A stretch of 64,000 nt of DNA from Candidatus Omnitrophota bacterium (GCA_026387175.1 JAPLME010000004.1:447-64446), one strand, 5' to 3'; counted from the first letter of the stretch, positions 49,271-58,906 are shown. A program made the numbers and translations. Notes: generated by a model from the sequence alone, not told the origin.

Positions 49271-50265
49271 TCACGCTGGGCATTGAGACCTCATGCGACG
49301 AGACGAGCGTCTCTGTTACCAGCTCCAGGACCGTGCTTTCTAATGTGGTAACGTCCAGCGTCCATCTTCATAAAAAATACGGCGGCGTGGTGCCGGAGAT
49401 AGCGTCCCGTTACCATGTGGAATATATAGCGGAGGTTCTTTCTAAGGCGCTGGAGCGGTCCGGGAGAAAATTAAAGGATGTGGACCTGGTGGCGGTCACA
49501 AACGGCCCCGGCCTTGTAGGCGCGCTTCTGACAGGTATTTCGCTGGCGAAGGCGCTGAGTTATGCCATGGATGTGCCGATCATAGGCGTAAACCACATAC
49601 TCGCGCACCTCTATAGCTCATTTTTAACCGAGGAAGGCCTGTCGTTCCCGTTCGTCGGCCTCGTGGTATCCGGCGGGCATACGGCGCTATTCTATTGCAA
49701 GGATATAAATGACCAGGAAGTGCTGGGGCAGACACAGGACGACGCCGTAGGAGAGGCGTATGATAAGGTGGCTAAGCTTCTGGGCCTGGGATATCCGGGC
49801 GGGCCGATAATAGAGAAGATGGCCGCGCGCGCCACCGGAAAGAATAAGATAACGTTTCCCAGGAGCTATCTTGGCAAGGATTCGCTGGACTTCAGCTTCA
49901 GCGGCGTAAAGACAGCGGTACTATATTATATGCAGAAGGTAAAGAATCCGGACGCTGTCCTTATCAGCGATGTCTGTTATGCTTTTCAGGAAGCGGCGCT
50001 CGATGTGCTGGTCGAGAAGGCGTGCCTTGCCTGCGATATGAAAAAGGCGAAGAGGATAGTAATAGGGGGAGGCGTGGCGGCCAACTCCGGACTCAGGCGG
50101 AAGCTCTTGAGTCGCTCGGCGCTCTCCGGGATCAAAGCCTATTTTCCCGAGATGAAATATTGCATGGATAACGCGGCAATGGTCGGAGCGCTGGGAGAAG
50201 CGCTCTATAAAAAGGGATGCAGGTCCGATATGTATTTAACTGCGGAACCGAATTTGAGGGCTTAA
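49267..50265 (+). CDS. tsaD: tRNA threonylcarbamoyladenosine biosynthesis protein TsaD
   Basis: LGIETSCDET, GGVVPEIASR.H, GPGLVGAL, HILAH, VSGGHT, DDAVGEAYDK, FSFSG.KT, DNAAM. Confidence 0.97.
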   Translation: MITLGIETSCDETSVSVTSSRTVLSNVVTSSVHLHKKYGGVVPEIASRYHVEYIAEVLSKALERSGRKLKDVDLVAVTNGPGLVGALLTGISLAKALSYAMDVPIIGVNHILAHLYSSFLTEEGLSFPFVGLVVSGGHTALFYCKDINDQEVLGQTQDDAVGEAYDKVAKLLGLGYPGGPIIEKMAARATGKNKITFPRSYLGKDSLDFSFSGVKTAVLYYMQKVKNPDAVLISDVCYAFQEAALDVLVEKACLACDMKKAKRIVIGGGVAANSGLRRKLLSRSALSGIKAYFPEMKYCMDNAAMVGALGEALYKKGCRSDMYLTAEPNLRA

Positions 50266-50283
50266 CTCACACGGAGGATCTTT

Positions 50284-50955
50284 ATGGTAAATGACTGGAT
50301 GATAATATGGAGGCTTATACTGGCGGCGGTACTGAGCGGAGCGATAGGTTTTGAACGTGAGTTTCACGGACGCTCGGCCGGATTCAGGACGCACATCCTG
50401 CTCTGCATAGGCTCGACGCTCATAATGCTTACATCGATGCACATGTTCGATCTATATGCCGGGAAGGTGGTCGTGGACCCGGGCAGGATAGCGGCAGGCG
50501 TTATCACCGGCATAGGATTCCTGGGGGCCGGCACGATAATGCATTTTAAGTCGTCTATAAGGGGTCTCACCACCGCGGCGAGCCTATGGGTGGTGGCGGG
50601 CATAGGCCTTGCGGTAGGGTCGGGGCTTTATTTTGGGGCGATCATCACTACAGCTATTACGATGGTGGCCCTGATGATATTCGCGAAATTAGAGCATGCC
50701 ATGATAAGAAAAGACTGGTATAAGACCATAATAGTAGAGGCGAAAGAAGGCGTTGACCAGTTAAGGTCCGTGCGTGGTATACTGGAAGAGTGGCATGCGG
50801 AGATAACCGATTTCGAGATCGATCACGCGAAAGAGAGCGGTAATATGCTGCTCAAGCTAGGGCTGAAGTTAAAGTCGCCGAAACACGCCGACCGCTTAGT
50901 GGAGGACATAGGTTCTATCAAAGGCATAAATAGCGTAAAGTGGGATTGGGAATAA
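50284..50955 (+). CDS. MgtC/SapB family membrane protein
   Basis: IGFERE....AGFRTH, DPGRIAAGVITGIGFLGAG, GLTTAASLW; C-terminal ACT-like domain. Confidence 0.93.
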   Translation: MVNDWMIIWRLILAAVLSGAIGFEREFHGRSAGFRTHILLCIGSTLIMLTSMHMFDLYAGKVVVDPGRIAAGVITGIGFLGAGTIMHFKSSIRGLTTAASLWVVAGIGLAVGSGLYFGAIITTAITMVALMIFAKLEHAMIRKDWYKTIIVEAKEGVDQLRSVRGILEEWHAEITDFEIDHAKESGNMLLKLGLKLKSPKHADRLVEDIGSIKGINSVKWDWE

Positions 50956-50968
50956 GAGGATAATTTAA

Positions 50969-51367
50969 ATGTCCGAAAAATTATTATCGATAAAAGAAGT
51001 CGCGGATCATCTGAAGATATCGGAAGAGGAAGTGAAGCGGCTCGTGGACATAGGCGAGATCCCGGCTTATAAGATAGGCGGGACATTCCTGCGGTTCAGG
51101 AAAGAGCATATAGACGCTATAAAAGACGAGATAGAGGCGGTGGAATGGATGTTCCCTGAGCATGCCGCTCCGGTCCTCGACGAGCATGGTAAGCCTACGC
51201 ATCATTTGACGGAGCTTGAGGTAGAGATAAAGGCCCGCGAGCCCGCCGTAAGGCAGTACGATTATTCGCCGATCGAGAGGATAAAGGATTTTATCTATTT
51301 TTACGATTTTTATATATTATCGATTATCGTGATAAGCGTATTGTTATTTTTGATATTTAAAAAATAA
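50969..51367 (+). CDS. excisionase-type HTH protein with C-terminal TM helix
   Basis: LLSIKEVA.HL.IS...V.RL...GEIPAYKIGG..LRF; terminal FYILSIIVISVLLFLIF. Confidence 0.82.
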   Translation: MSEKLLSIKEVADHLKISEEEVKRLVDIGEIPAYKIGGTFLRFRKEHIDAIKDEIEAVEWMFPEHAAPVLDEHGKPTHHLTELEVEIKAREPAVRQYDYSPIERIKDFIYFYDFYILSIIVISVLLFLIFKK

Positions 51368-51368
51368 A

Positions 51369-52109
51369 ATGTCCGAAAAAACAGCTAAAATATTAAAAGG
51401 CGTCCGCCATGGACGAATATCCGTCCATAAGGCGCTCTTATCGCTAAGGGATATGCCTTACAAGGATATCGGGTTCGCGAAGATCGACAGTCACAGGACC
51501 CTGAGGCGCGGTTTTCCGGAAGTGGTGTTTGGTAAAGGTAAGACCGTAGATCAGATAGTCGAAATATCAAAACGAATAATAGCCCATGACGGCATACTTC
51601 TTGTGACCCGCGCCCCGAAGGCAGCTTATCTGAAGCTTAGGCGGGCCTATCCAAAAGTTAAGTATGACGAGAGGGCCTCCTGCTTAAGTTACAGAGAAGA
51701 TCGTCCCATTCCGAAGAAAGGCCCGGTCCTGGTGATAACAGCGGGCACGGCCGATCTGCCTGTCGCGGAAGAGGCGCGCATAACTCTGGAGTTAATGGGA
51801 AACTCGGTCGAGATATTATGCGATGTCGGAGTCGCGGGAATACACAGGATACTCGATAAAAGGCACATTCTGGATAAGGCGAATGTCATAATAGTGATAG
51901 CGGGTATGGAGGGGGCGCTTGCGAGCGTAGTCAGCGGGCTAGTATCGAAGCCGGTGATAGCTGTTCCCACGAGCGTCGGCTACGGCGCAAGTTTCGAAGG
52001 GATAGCCCCGCTCCTTACGATGATGAATTCATGCTCGCCCGGAGTTTCGGTAGTCAATATCGATAACGGTTTCGGCGCGGGATATTTCGCATCCCTTATA
52101 AACAGATAG
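51369..52109 (+). CDS. larB: nickel-pincer cofactor biosynthesis protein LarB
   Basis: FAKID.HR..R.GFPEVVFG.GK, AGTAD.PVAEEA, DVGVAGIHR, AGMEGAL, PTSVGYG, VNIDNGFGA. Confidence 0.95.
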   Translation: MSEKTAKILKGVRHGRISVHKALLSLRDMPYKDIGFAKIDSHRTLRRGFPEVVFGKGKTVDQIVEISKRIIAHDGILLVTRAPKAAYLKLRRAYPKVKYDERASCLSYREDRPIPKKGPVLVITAGTADLPVAEEARITLELMGNSVEILCDVGVAGIHRILDKRHILDKANVIIVIAGMEGALASVVSGLVSKPVIAVPTSVGYGASFEGIAPLLTMMNSCSPGVSVVNIDNGFGAGYFASLINR

Positions 52110-52115
52110 GATGCC

Positions 52116-53294
52116 ATGAAGATAGCGTATTTAGATTGTTTCAGCGGTATCAGCGGAGATATGACGATAGCCGCGTTTTTAGACGCGGGCTTAAAACTAC
52201 CCGTATTATCGGACGAGCTGAGTAAATTGAAGATAAAAGGCTATCGGCTTAAAGCCGGCAAGGTTAAGCGCGGAGCGATAGTCGGAACTAAATTTGATTG
52301 TATTGTCACAAAAGATTACAGCGGCCACAGGTCGTTAAAAAGCATAATCTCGATTATAGATAAGAGTTCGTTAAACCCCCGGATTAAAGCCATCTCTAAA
52401 GAGATGTTCAAAAATATAGGAAAGGCCGAAGCGAAGATACACGGGTCCGGAAAGAACGAAACTGTCTGGCTCCATGAGCTCGGCGACATAGATTCCATAA
52501 TAGATATCGTGGGCATCGCGATCGCGGTAGATTCGCTCGGCATCGACGAGGTTTACGCCTCGCGCGTAAATATGGGCAGGACATTCGTAAATACGGCCCA
52601 CGGGACCCTTCCGATACCGGCCCCCGCGGCGCTTGAGTTATTGAAGGGGGTGCCCACAAATATTCTGGACGTAGAAGCGGAACTTGTCACTCCTACCGGC
52701 GCAGGTTTATTAAAGACGCTTTCGAAAGGCTTCGGCGCGATGCCGTCGATGAAAATATCCGATATAGGCTACGGAGCGGGAACCAAAATAATTAAAGAGA
52801 TGCCTAATATGCTGCGTCTTATCATAGGGACGACGAGCGTGCCCTCGCCTAAAGAGGACAAGGTCCTGGTGGTCGAGACGAACATCGACGATATGAACCC
52901 GCAGTATTTCGAATATATTTTCGAGAGGCTGTTTTCCGCCGGAGCCCTCGACGTATATTCCACTCATATTCAGATGAAGAAGACGAGGCCTGCCTACAAG
53001 CTTACGGTGATATGCGAGCCGAAAGATCTGGATAAGATATCGTCGATAATATTCAGCGAAACCACGACGATCGGTATCAGGTTTTATGAGACGCTCAGGA
53101 TTAAGCTCGAAAGAAGGACAGTGAAGGCGAAGACGAAATATGGTAATATCCGGGTAAAGGTTAGCGCGCGCCCCGGTGAAATATTAACGGCTACGCCTGA
53201 ATACGATGATTGCCGTAAGGCCGCGCGCTCTAAGAAAGTACCGCTAAGAGAGGTTTCCGACAGGGCAAGGGAGGCCGCGTATGAAAACAGTTAA
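52116..53294 (+). CDS. larC: nickel-pincer cofactor cyclometallase LarC
   Basis: YLDCFSGISGDM, AEAKIHG, HE.G..DSI.DIVG, PAPA, ELVTPTGA, ETNIDD, MKK.RP, ETTTIGIR, PEYDD. Confidence 0.94.
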   Translation: MKIAYLDCFSGISGDMTIAAFLDAGLKLPVLSDELSKLKIKGYRLKAGKVKRGAIVGTKFDCIVTKDYSGHRSLKSIISIIDKSSLNPRIKAISKEMFKNIGKAEAKIHGSGKNETVWLHELGDIDSIIDIVGIAIAVDSLGIDEVYASRVNMGRTFVNTAHGTLPIPAPAALELLKGVPTNILDVEAELVTPTGAGLLKTLSKGFGAMPSMKISDIGYGAGTKIIKEMPNMLRLIIGTTSVPSPKEDKVLVVETNIDDMNPQYFEYIFERLFSAGALDVYSTHIQMKKTRPAYKLTVICEPKDLDKISSIIFSETTTIGIRFYETLRIKLERRTVKAKTKYGNIRVKVSARPGEILTATPEYDDCRKAARSKKVPLREVSDRAREAAYENS

Positions 53295-54273
53295 ATCCGT
53301 TATTTTAATTTTAATATCCGCCGCTTGCGCGATTATTTACGCCGCTGACGCGCCTGCGGATACAATTATCACTAATGACGGGAAAGAGATCAAGGGTATA
53401 GTAGTCGAAGATTACAGGGACAGGGTGATATTCTCCACGGCAGACGGCGAGATCACAGTGATGAAGTCCGACATGCGGGAGCTTTCGTTTGACAGCGATG
53501 AGGACAATCTGATAAAACTCGCTGAGCAAACCCTGGAGCGGCGCGACTATTCCCGTGCCATGAGTTATTATGATATGGCGCTAAAAGCGAACCCTGATTC
53601 CTCGGCGGTAAAACAGGGTATGGCATACTTACGCGGCAGTTTTTTTAGAAAAGAAGAATCTTTGAAAGCAGCTGATATAAAGAGACAGCAGGATATAGAG
53701 CTTTACGGCGGCCAGGCTCCGGAGGCCCAGAAATCCGACGAGACCGGCGATATGACCAGGATGCTGGAAAAGTTGACCGGAATGAGGATCGCGGTAGTGG
53801 ATAATATGCCAAAGATAGAGGCCCTCAGGTCACCTTCGCCGGCATATGAGGCGGGATTGAGGAGGGGGGATATCCTGGTTTCGGTATGGGGCAAGCTTAC
53901 CGGCTATCTGTCACTTAAAGAGATACTGGACCTACTCATCAATAAATCGGCCATAGAGATAAGATGCACAATAGAGCGCGAATCCGATGTAGAGATTAAT
54001 CCGAATAAGACTATCATCTCAGGGATCGAAGACCTCATAGGAGCTTCATTTGCCATGGAGATAGACGGTCTTACGGTATCGGCTGTTAAGGAATCAGGAT
54101 ATGCCGCCCAAGCCGGCCTGCAGAAGGAAGATCTCATAATGGCCATTGACGGCAAACAGACCAGGTATATGCCGCTTAAAAAAGCGGTCGAGCTGATAAG
54201 GAATTTAAAGGAAGGGGCAGTTAAACTGGTTATTAGAAGAAAGACCATAATCTGGAGGACTAACGAGCGATGA
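53281..54273 (+). CDS. exported TPR plus tandem PDZ protein
   Basis: Signal peptide, DTIITNDGKEIKG N-domain, one TPR, two PDZ (SPAYEAGLRRGD; GYAAQAGLQKEDLIMAIDG). Confidence 0.8.
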   Translation: MKTVKSVILILISAACAIIYAADAPADTIITNDGKEIKGIVVEDYRDRVIFSTADGEITVMKSDMRELSFDSDEDNLIKLAEQTLERRDYSRAMSYYDMALKANPDSSAVKQGMAYLRGSFFRKEESLKAADIKRQQDIELYGGQAPEAQKSDETGDMTRMLEKLTGMRIAVVDNMPKIEALRSPSPAYEAGLRRGDILVSVWGKLTGYLSLKEILDLLINKSAIEIRCTIERESDVEINPNKTIISGIEDLIGASFAMEIDGLTVSAVKESGYAAQAGLQKEDLIMAIDGKQTRYMPLKKAVELIRNLKEGAVKLVIRRKTIIWRTNER

Positions 54274-54872
54274 CGCAATTTTCGAAACCTAAGTTCAAGA
54301 GGACGAAATACCTTGTTTCAACGAAGCTTCAGCTGAGGTACGTCGGAATAATATTATTGCTGATGCTTGTGACGGCCCTGATATGCTCGTATATCATATA
54401 TTACACGGTTATGATACTGATGGGCGAGAAGTTATCCAATGTTTATCCTCAGGGGCGCCTTATAGCGATCATCAATACCGTAAACTTGCGGATATTATTC
54501 AGCTTACTCTTAATTACGCCTGTGGTCGCGGTAATCGGCATATTTCTATCGCATAAGATAGCGGGACCTATATACAGGATAGAAAAATTCCTCGGCGACA
54601 TGGCCACAGGAAATTTCGCGGCTCGTATCGTCCTGAGAAAAGGCGACGAGCTTATGTCGGTGGCCGATAAGATAAACGTATTGAATGACAGCTTAAAGAC
54701 TACCATCGGCAGCCAGAAGTCCAGCATGGGAAGGATAGTTGCCGAACTCGATGAACTTAAAAAGATGATTAGCTCAAAACCCGGCGATGTCTTATCGCTG
54801 GATAAGAATGTAGAAAGGCTGCAGGGCGAGATTAGGAATTTAGAGGCGCAGCTCGGAAAATATAAAGTTTAA
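54270..54872 (+). CDS. 2-TM HAMP-domain protein without an output domain
   Basis: KR.KYLV...LQ N-terminus, two TM, SHKIAGPIYR...G.....I.LRKGDEL HAMP, coiled coil. Confidence 0.82.
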   Translation: MTQFSKPKFKRTKYLVSTKLQLRYVGIILLLMLVTALICSYIIYYTVMILMGEKLSNVYPQGRLIAIINTVNLRILFSLLLITPVVAVIGIFLSHKIAGPIYRIEKFLGDMATGNFAARIVLRKGDELMSVADKINVLNDSLKTTIGSQKSSMGRIVAELDELKKMISSKPGDVLSLDKNVERLQGEIRNLEAQLGKYKV

Positions 54873-54895
54873 TTCGAATATCTATTTCCTAACAC

Positions 54896-54923
54896 TTGAC
54901 AATCGCGGATTATCGGGTATACT
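54896..54923 (+). promoter_or_regulatory. sigma70 promoter
   Basis: TTGACA-16 nt-TATACT. Confidence 0.65.
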
Positions 54924-54951
54924 TACCTCGATTTACTAAAAAAGGAGAGGT

Positions 54952-56229
54952 ATGACTAAAAAGCTTGACGCAATTATTTTTATTTTAATCGTAACAGTCG
55001 CGATGTGCGTGGTTTCGAGCGATTACGCTTATGCCGGTAACGCTTCACGTATGCTGGGATTTAGCGCGAGAGATGAAGCAATGGCCGGCGCTACCACTGC
55101 TTCCTCGGAGGATACATCATGCTTGGTGAGAAACCCCGCCGGACTTGTAAGGATAGGAAATAGGATCGACGCTTCGTATGAAAATCTTCTTTTTCACGAT
55201 GTAACGTTGAATACCACGGGGACCTCTCTTATACCAGGAGTGCCTTTTACAAACGCGGGTTTAACCCAGACCAGTAATATAAATTACATCCCCGGAGGTA
55301 ACGCAGGTGTTAGTTATCGCATACCGGGAACTGACAAATACCCGATATCTGTCGGTATGGGAGCATTTACAATAGGCGGGATGGCAGGTAACTACGCAAG
55401 TTCCAGGCTCAATACCGCATTATTGGCTAACGGGGGCAATTACGACAAGATGGTAGATTTAAGGACCATGAGATTTGCGCCGGGCATAGCGGCCGCATTT
55501 AACGATAAACTCTCTTTTGGTATGACAGCCAACATAGATCTTCAGGCATTACGCACCAATTTAGCTCACAGCATTACTCCTGCCGGGCTTACGCTTTTTT
55601 CAGAAACAGCGGGCGGAGGAAAATGGGATTTTACAGTTGGCGGAGGTTTCACCGCAGGCCTCCTATACGAGATTAATGATATGGTAAGCCTGGGAGCTTC
55701 CTACGAAAGCCACAACTGGCAGCAGGACCATTATAAATACAAAGATGTTCTGCCATATATAGATGAGCCGCCTATAATAAACTTGGGAGTATCTTTTAAG
55801 CCTATAAAGGATTTAGAGCTTACGTATGATACCCGCTATATTAACTGGACAGATGTGAAGCTTGCGAGGCTTGCTCCCAGACAAGGCGGTTTTGGGTGGA
55901 GGGACCAGTGGGTATTTGCTGTTGGTTCCGAATACACTACCTTTAAAGATAAGTTAAAACTCCGGCTTGGCTATAATTATGGAAGATCTCCTATTCAGCC
56001 GAATGTAGTCTTTGCCAATGCTCTTATGCCGGTAATTGTAGAGCACCATCTTACTACAGGCTTTTCATATTTTATCACGAAAGCCCTGTCTTTAGACTTT
56101 GCGTGGGAGCATCATTTTAGAAATACGATGGTGGACGATGGTGGCGATAGCGCGGATCTTATCGGCACAGGCACACAGGTTACAGGGGCATTGGATGTGC
56201 TAAGCATCGGATTAGGATATAAGTTTTAG
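54952..56229 (+). CDS. FadL/TodX-family outer-membrane hydrophobic-compound channel
   Basis: Signal peptide; G.SAR..AMAGA, NPAGL hatch motif, W.D.W..A.G.EY, LRLGYNYG..P, C-terminal Y.F. Confidence 0.9.
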   Translation: MTKKLDAIIFILIVTVAMCVVSSDYAYAGNASRMLGFSARDEAMAGATTASSEDTSCLVRNPAGLVRIGNRIDASYENLLFHDVTLNTTGTSLIPGVPFTNAGLTQTSNINYIPGGNAGVSYRIPGTDKYPISVGMGAFTIGGMAGNYASSRLNTALLANGGNYDKMVDLRTMRFAPGIAAAFNDKLSFGMTANIDLQALRTNLAHSITPAGLTLFSETAGGGKWDFTVGGGFTAGLLYEINDMVSLGASYESHNWQQDHYKYKDVLPYIDEPPIINLGVSFKPIKDLELTYDTRYINWTDVKLARLAPRQGGFGWRDQWVFAVGSEYTTFKDKLKLRLGYNYGRSPIQPNVVFANALMPVIVEHHLTTGFSYFITKALSLDFAWEHHFRNTMVDDGGDSADLIGTGTQVTGALDVLSIGLGYKF

Positions 56230-56260
56230 ATAACAGATCAGTTGTCAGGATTGTTTTCGA

Positions 56261-56293
56261 AATAGGGGAGACATAAAACCTCCCCTATTTTTT
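56261..56293 (+). terminator. intrinsic terminator
   Basis: AATAGGGGAG...CTCCCCTATT followed by TTTT. Confidence 0.85.
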
Positions 56294-56333
56294 CTGCATA
56301 CTGTTAATCCATTAAATATTAAGATATCATCTA

Positions 56334-56362
56334 TTGACAATCTAAAAAGTGTAGTGTATACT
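56334..56362 (+). promoter_or_regulatory. sigma70 promoter
   Basis: TTGACA-17 nt-TATACT. Confidence 0.7.
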
Positions 56363-56477
56363 TTATGTAATAATAAAAGAAAGTTAGATAAAACTTAATA
56401 GCTCATCATTTTTATAGTGGTGGGCTATAATTGTCTCTGGCAAAATATAGATCTTTAATAAGAGGGAGGTGGTATGT

Positions 56478-56717
56478 GTGAGAGTGCTAGTGCTTCTTTC
56501 GAGTAATCCGGGAGATGGATTTTTGGTGAAGCTTCATACTGAAGAACTTGTGCGCGAGATTAAGAACCTTATCAGCAAGCGCAGTAATTCGAAAGCCATG
56601 GTAACAGCCCTTACTAAGGGGCGGATCGAGAGGGAGGTTGGGCACCACGATTCAAATGCTGTCGATGCCGAACTTGTTCTGACCCAAGATAGGGTTTGCT
56701 GGAATCCGGCTAAATAA
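56478..56717 (+). CDS. small hypothetical protein
   Basis: SD GGAGGTGG, GTG start (56469 or 56478), preceded by a promoter; no recognisable family. Confidence 0.65.
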   Translation: MRVLVLLSSNPGDGFLVKLHTEELVREIKNLISKRSNSKAMVTALTKGRIEREVGHHDSNAVDAELVLTQDRVCWNPAK

Positions 56718-56827
56718 TCTTAAGCGATTTCAGAAAAATGCGTAAAATATTTAATTATTCCTATTTCTGCAACACATCCAATTCCAATAAGTTATATCAA
56801 TTTTTCCAAGTATTTAATTCCTAACTC

Positions 56828-56855
56828 TTGACAACCCCTAATTATCGTGTATACT
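56828..56855 (+). promoter_or_regulatory. sigma70 promoter
   Basis: TTGACA-16 nt-TATACT. Confidence 0.7.
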
Positions 56856-56963
56856 TTGCAGCACATTAGCGAAGTGTATGTGCCCTTATATAAAGCTATG
56901 TAAGGGCACAATAGTCTATACCAAAATAGTATAAACTATATAAATCAGAAGGTGGTGTTAGTT

Positions 56964-57161
56964 ATGGCAGATGATACCGTCTTCACTGTGCAGGAATTAT
57001 CCACTTACCTAAGGATGAAACCGGTAACTATTTACAAGCACGCAAAGGCTGGTAAATTGCCCGCATTCAAGGTTGGTGCGAGCTGGCGGTTTAAGAAATC
57101 GACTATAGACCGCTGGATTTCTAATCAGGAAGACAAAGAAAATAACGGCGGTTCAAATTAG
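56964..57161 (+). CDS. excisionase-family (HTH_17) DNA-binding protein
   Basis: FTVQELSTYLRM...TIYK.AKAGKLPAFKVGASWRFKKS.IDRW. Confidence 0.9.
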   Translation: MADDTVFTVQELSTYLRMKPVTIYKHAKAGKLPAFKVGASWRFKKSTIDRWISNQEDKENNGGSN

Positions 57162-57202
57162 CGCCTGACTGTAATAATTAATAGTCAGGCGTTTTTATTT
57201 TA
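57161..57202 (+). terminator. intrinsic terminator
   Basis: GCGCCTGACTGT...ATAGTCAGGCGT followed by TTTTATTTT. Confidence 0.8.
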
Positions 57203-57242
57203 ACTAATAATGTCTATAAAAAAGATATGAGAGAAATATAGT

Positions 57243-57665
57243 ATGCTTAATATAGAAGAGATAAAGAGTCTTATACCGCAAAGATACCCTTTTCTTATGA
57301 TAGATAGGGTAATTGATATTAAATATGGGGAATATATAAAGGCTTATAAGAATATAAGCATGAATGAAGAGTATTTTAAGGGACATTTTCCTGATTCCGC
57401 GATCTTCCCCGGCGTCCTTACCACTGAGGCTATGGCCCAGGCCGTATGTGTACTGGTGAAGAAGAGCATTAAGGATTTTACCCCTACGCAGTTTTATATC
57501 ACTAATATGAAGATACGCTTTCTAAAGGCTATAGTGCCGGGGGACAGGCTTTATATTACCGCAAAAGTCGTCAAGATGGCGCAGATAGGCGGCATATTTG
57601 AGACGGAGGCTACCGTAGAGAATGACATTGTGGCCAAGGGAGAGATGACCTTTGCCTGCAAATAA
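57243..57665 (+). CDS. fabZ: 3-hydroxyacyl-ACP dehydratase, FabZ family
   Basis: PQRYPFLMIDR, F.GHFP....PGVL..EAMAQ, PGD.L. Confidence 0.9.
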   Translation: MLNIEEIKSLIPQRYPFLMIDRVIDIKYGEYIKAYKNISMNEEYFKGHFPDSAIFPGVLTTEAMAQAVCVLVKKSIKDFTPTQFYITNMKIRFLKAIVPGDRLYITAKVVKMAQIGGIFETEATVENDIVAKGEMTFACK

Positions 57666-58902
57666 GAGAGTGGTTGTTACGGGAATAGGTATCATATCTT
57701 CAATAGGTACCGGCAAGGACGTGTTCTGGCAATCGCTAAGGGCCGGTAAGTCCGGAATAAGGCCGATCACATTATTCGATACCTCGACAACCAGAGCCAA
57801 AACAGCCGGAGAGATAACCGATTTCAAAGCGGAGAGTTTCTTGGGCGAAAGAGGATTAAGGACATTCGACAGGGTTACAAAACTGGTCCTGTCAGCGGCA
57901 AAGCTTGCGCTTGACGATACTGGTTTTAAATATCCGCTGGATGAGGATCTGTCGGTAAGGACAGGCGTATCTCTCGGGTCCACTCTCGGCAGTGTATGGT
58001 CCATAAGCGAATTTGATAAACAGGGATTAAGGGAAGGGCCAAGCACGGTGAATCCTGCGTTATTTCCAAATACTGTTATAAATGCCCCCGCAAGCCAGAT
58101 ATCTATTAAATATAATATAAAAGGCTTTAATACCACTATATCGACAGGATTTGCCTCAAGCTTAGACGCAATTGATTACGCGGCTAATTTCATTAAGTTA
58201 TATGACTATGACGTTGTCCTGGCGGGCGGGGTTGAAGAATTGTGTTTGCAGACATTCCTTGGGTTTCATAAGATAGGCCATCTGGCCGGCTCAAGAGAAG
58301 GTAAGGCGGAAGTGAATTGTCCTTTCGATAAGAGACGAAACGGCATAATCCTCGGAGAAGGCGCCTGTATATTTATACTGGAGGAGATGGAGCATGCCAG
58401 GAAAAGAGGCGCCAATATTTATGCCGAGATTTTAGGATACGGCGCGAGTTTTGATCCTAAGAGTAAGAATGTATACAGCCCTAAGGCTGATGGCGCGACA
58501 AGGGCGATAAAGCTTGCGCTGGAGGAATCCGGCACCGCGCCCGATGAGATCGATTATATATCGGCATGCGCTAACTCTACACTCGATTGCGATGTGATGG
58601 AGACGCGCGCGGTCAATCGTGTCTTTAGCGATAATGCGAAGAAGATACCGGTAAGCTCTATTAAATCCATGATAGGCGACACCTTCAGCGCGAGCGGCGC
58701 GATGAACGTCGCCGCTTCGATAGGCGCGATAAAAGAAAACTTCATACCGCCCACGATCAATTACGAGGTAAAGGATATACGATGTGACTTGGACTACGTG
58801 CCGAATAACTCTAGAGACAAAAAAGTAGCGAAAGTCCTGATAAACTCATTTACGCCCACGGGCGCGAACTCGAGCCTGGTAGTGGGAAAGGTCGCGGGAT
58901 AG
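57652..58902 (+). CDS. non-catalytic ketosynthase homolog (chain-length-factor-like)
   Basis: KS fold (RVVVTGIG, PFD.RRNG..LGEG) but catalytic Cys site reads STGFAS, HGTGT reads CANST, KSM.GH reads KSMIGD. Confidence 0.88.
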   Translation: MPANKRVVVTGIGIISSIGTGKDVFWQSLRAGKSGIRPITLFDTSTTRAKTAGEITDFKAESFLGERGLRTFDRVTKLVLSAAKLALDDTGFKYPLDEDLSVRTGVSLGSTLGSVWSISEFDKQGLREGPSTVNPALFPNTVINAPASQISIKYNIKGFNTTISTGFASSLDAIDYAANFIKLYDYDVVLAGGVEELCLQTFLGFHKIGHLAGSREGKAEVNCPFDKRRNGIILGEGACIFILEEMEHARKRGANIYAEILGYGASFDPKSKNVYSPKADGATRAIKLALEESGTAPDEIDYISACANSTLDCDVMETRAVNRVFSDNAKKIPVSSIKSMIGDTFSASGAMNVAASIGAIKENFIPPTINYEVKDIRCDLDYVPNNSRDKKVAKVLINSFTPTGANSSLVVGKVAG

Positions 58903-58906
58903 AGAC

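Noticed and set aside
56964-57161. Excisionase-like HTH as evidence of a prophage or ICE
   Set aside because: No integrase, att repeats or phage genes nearby; HTH_17 proteins are often plain regulators
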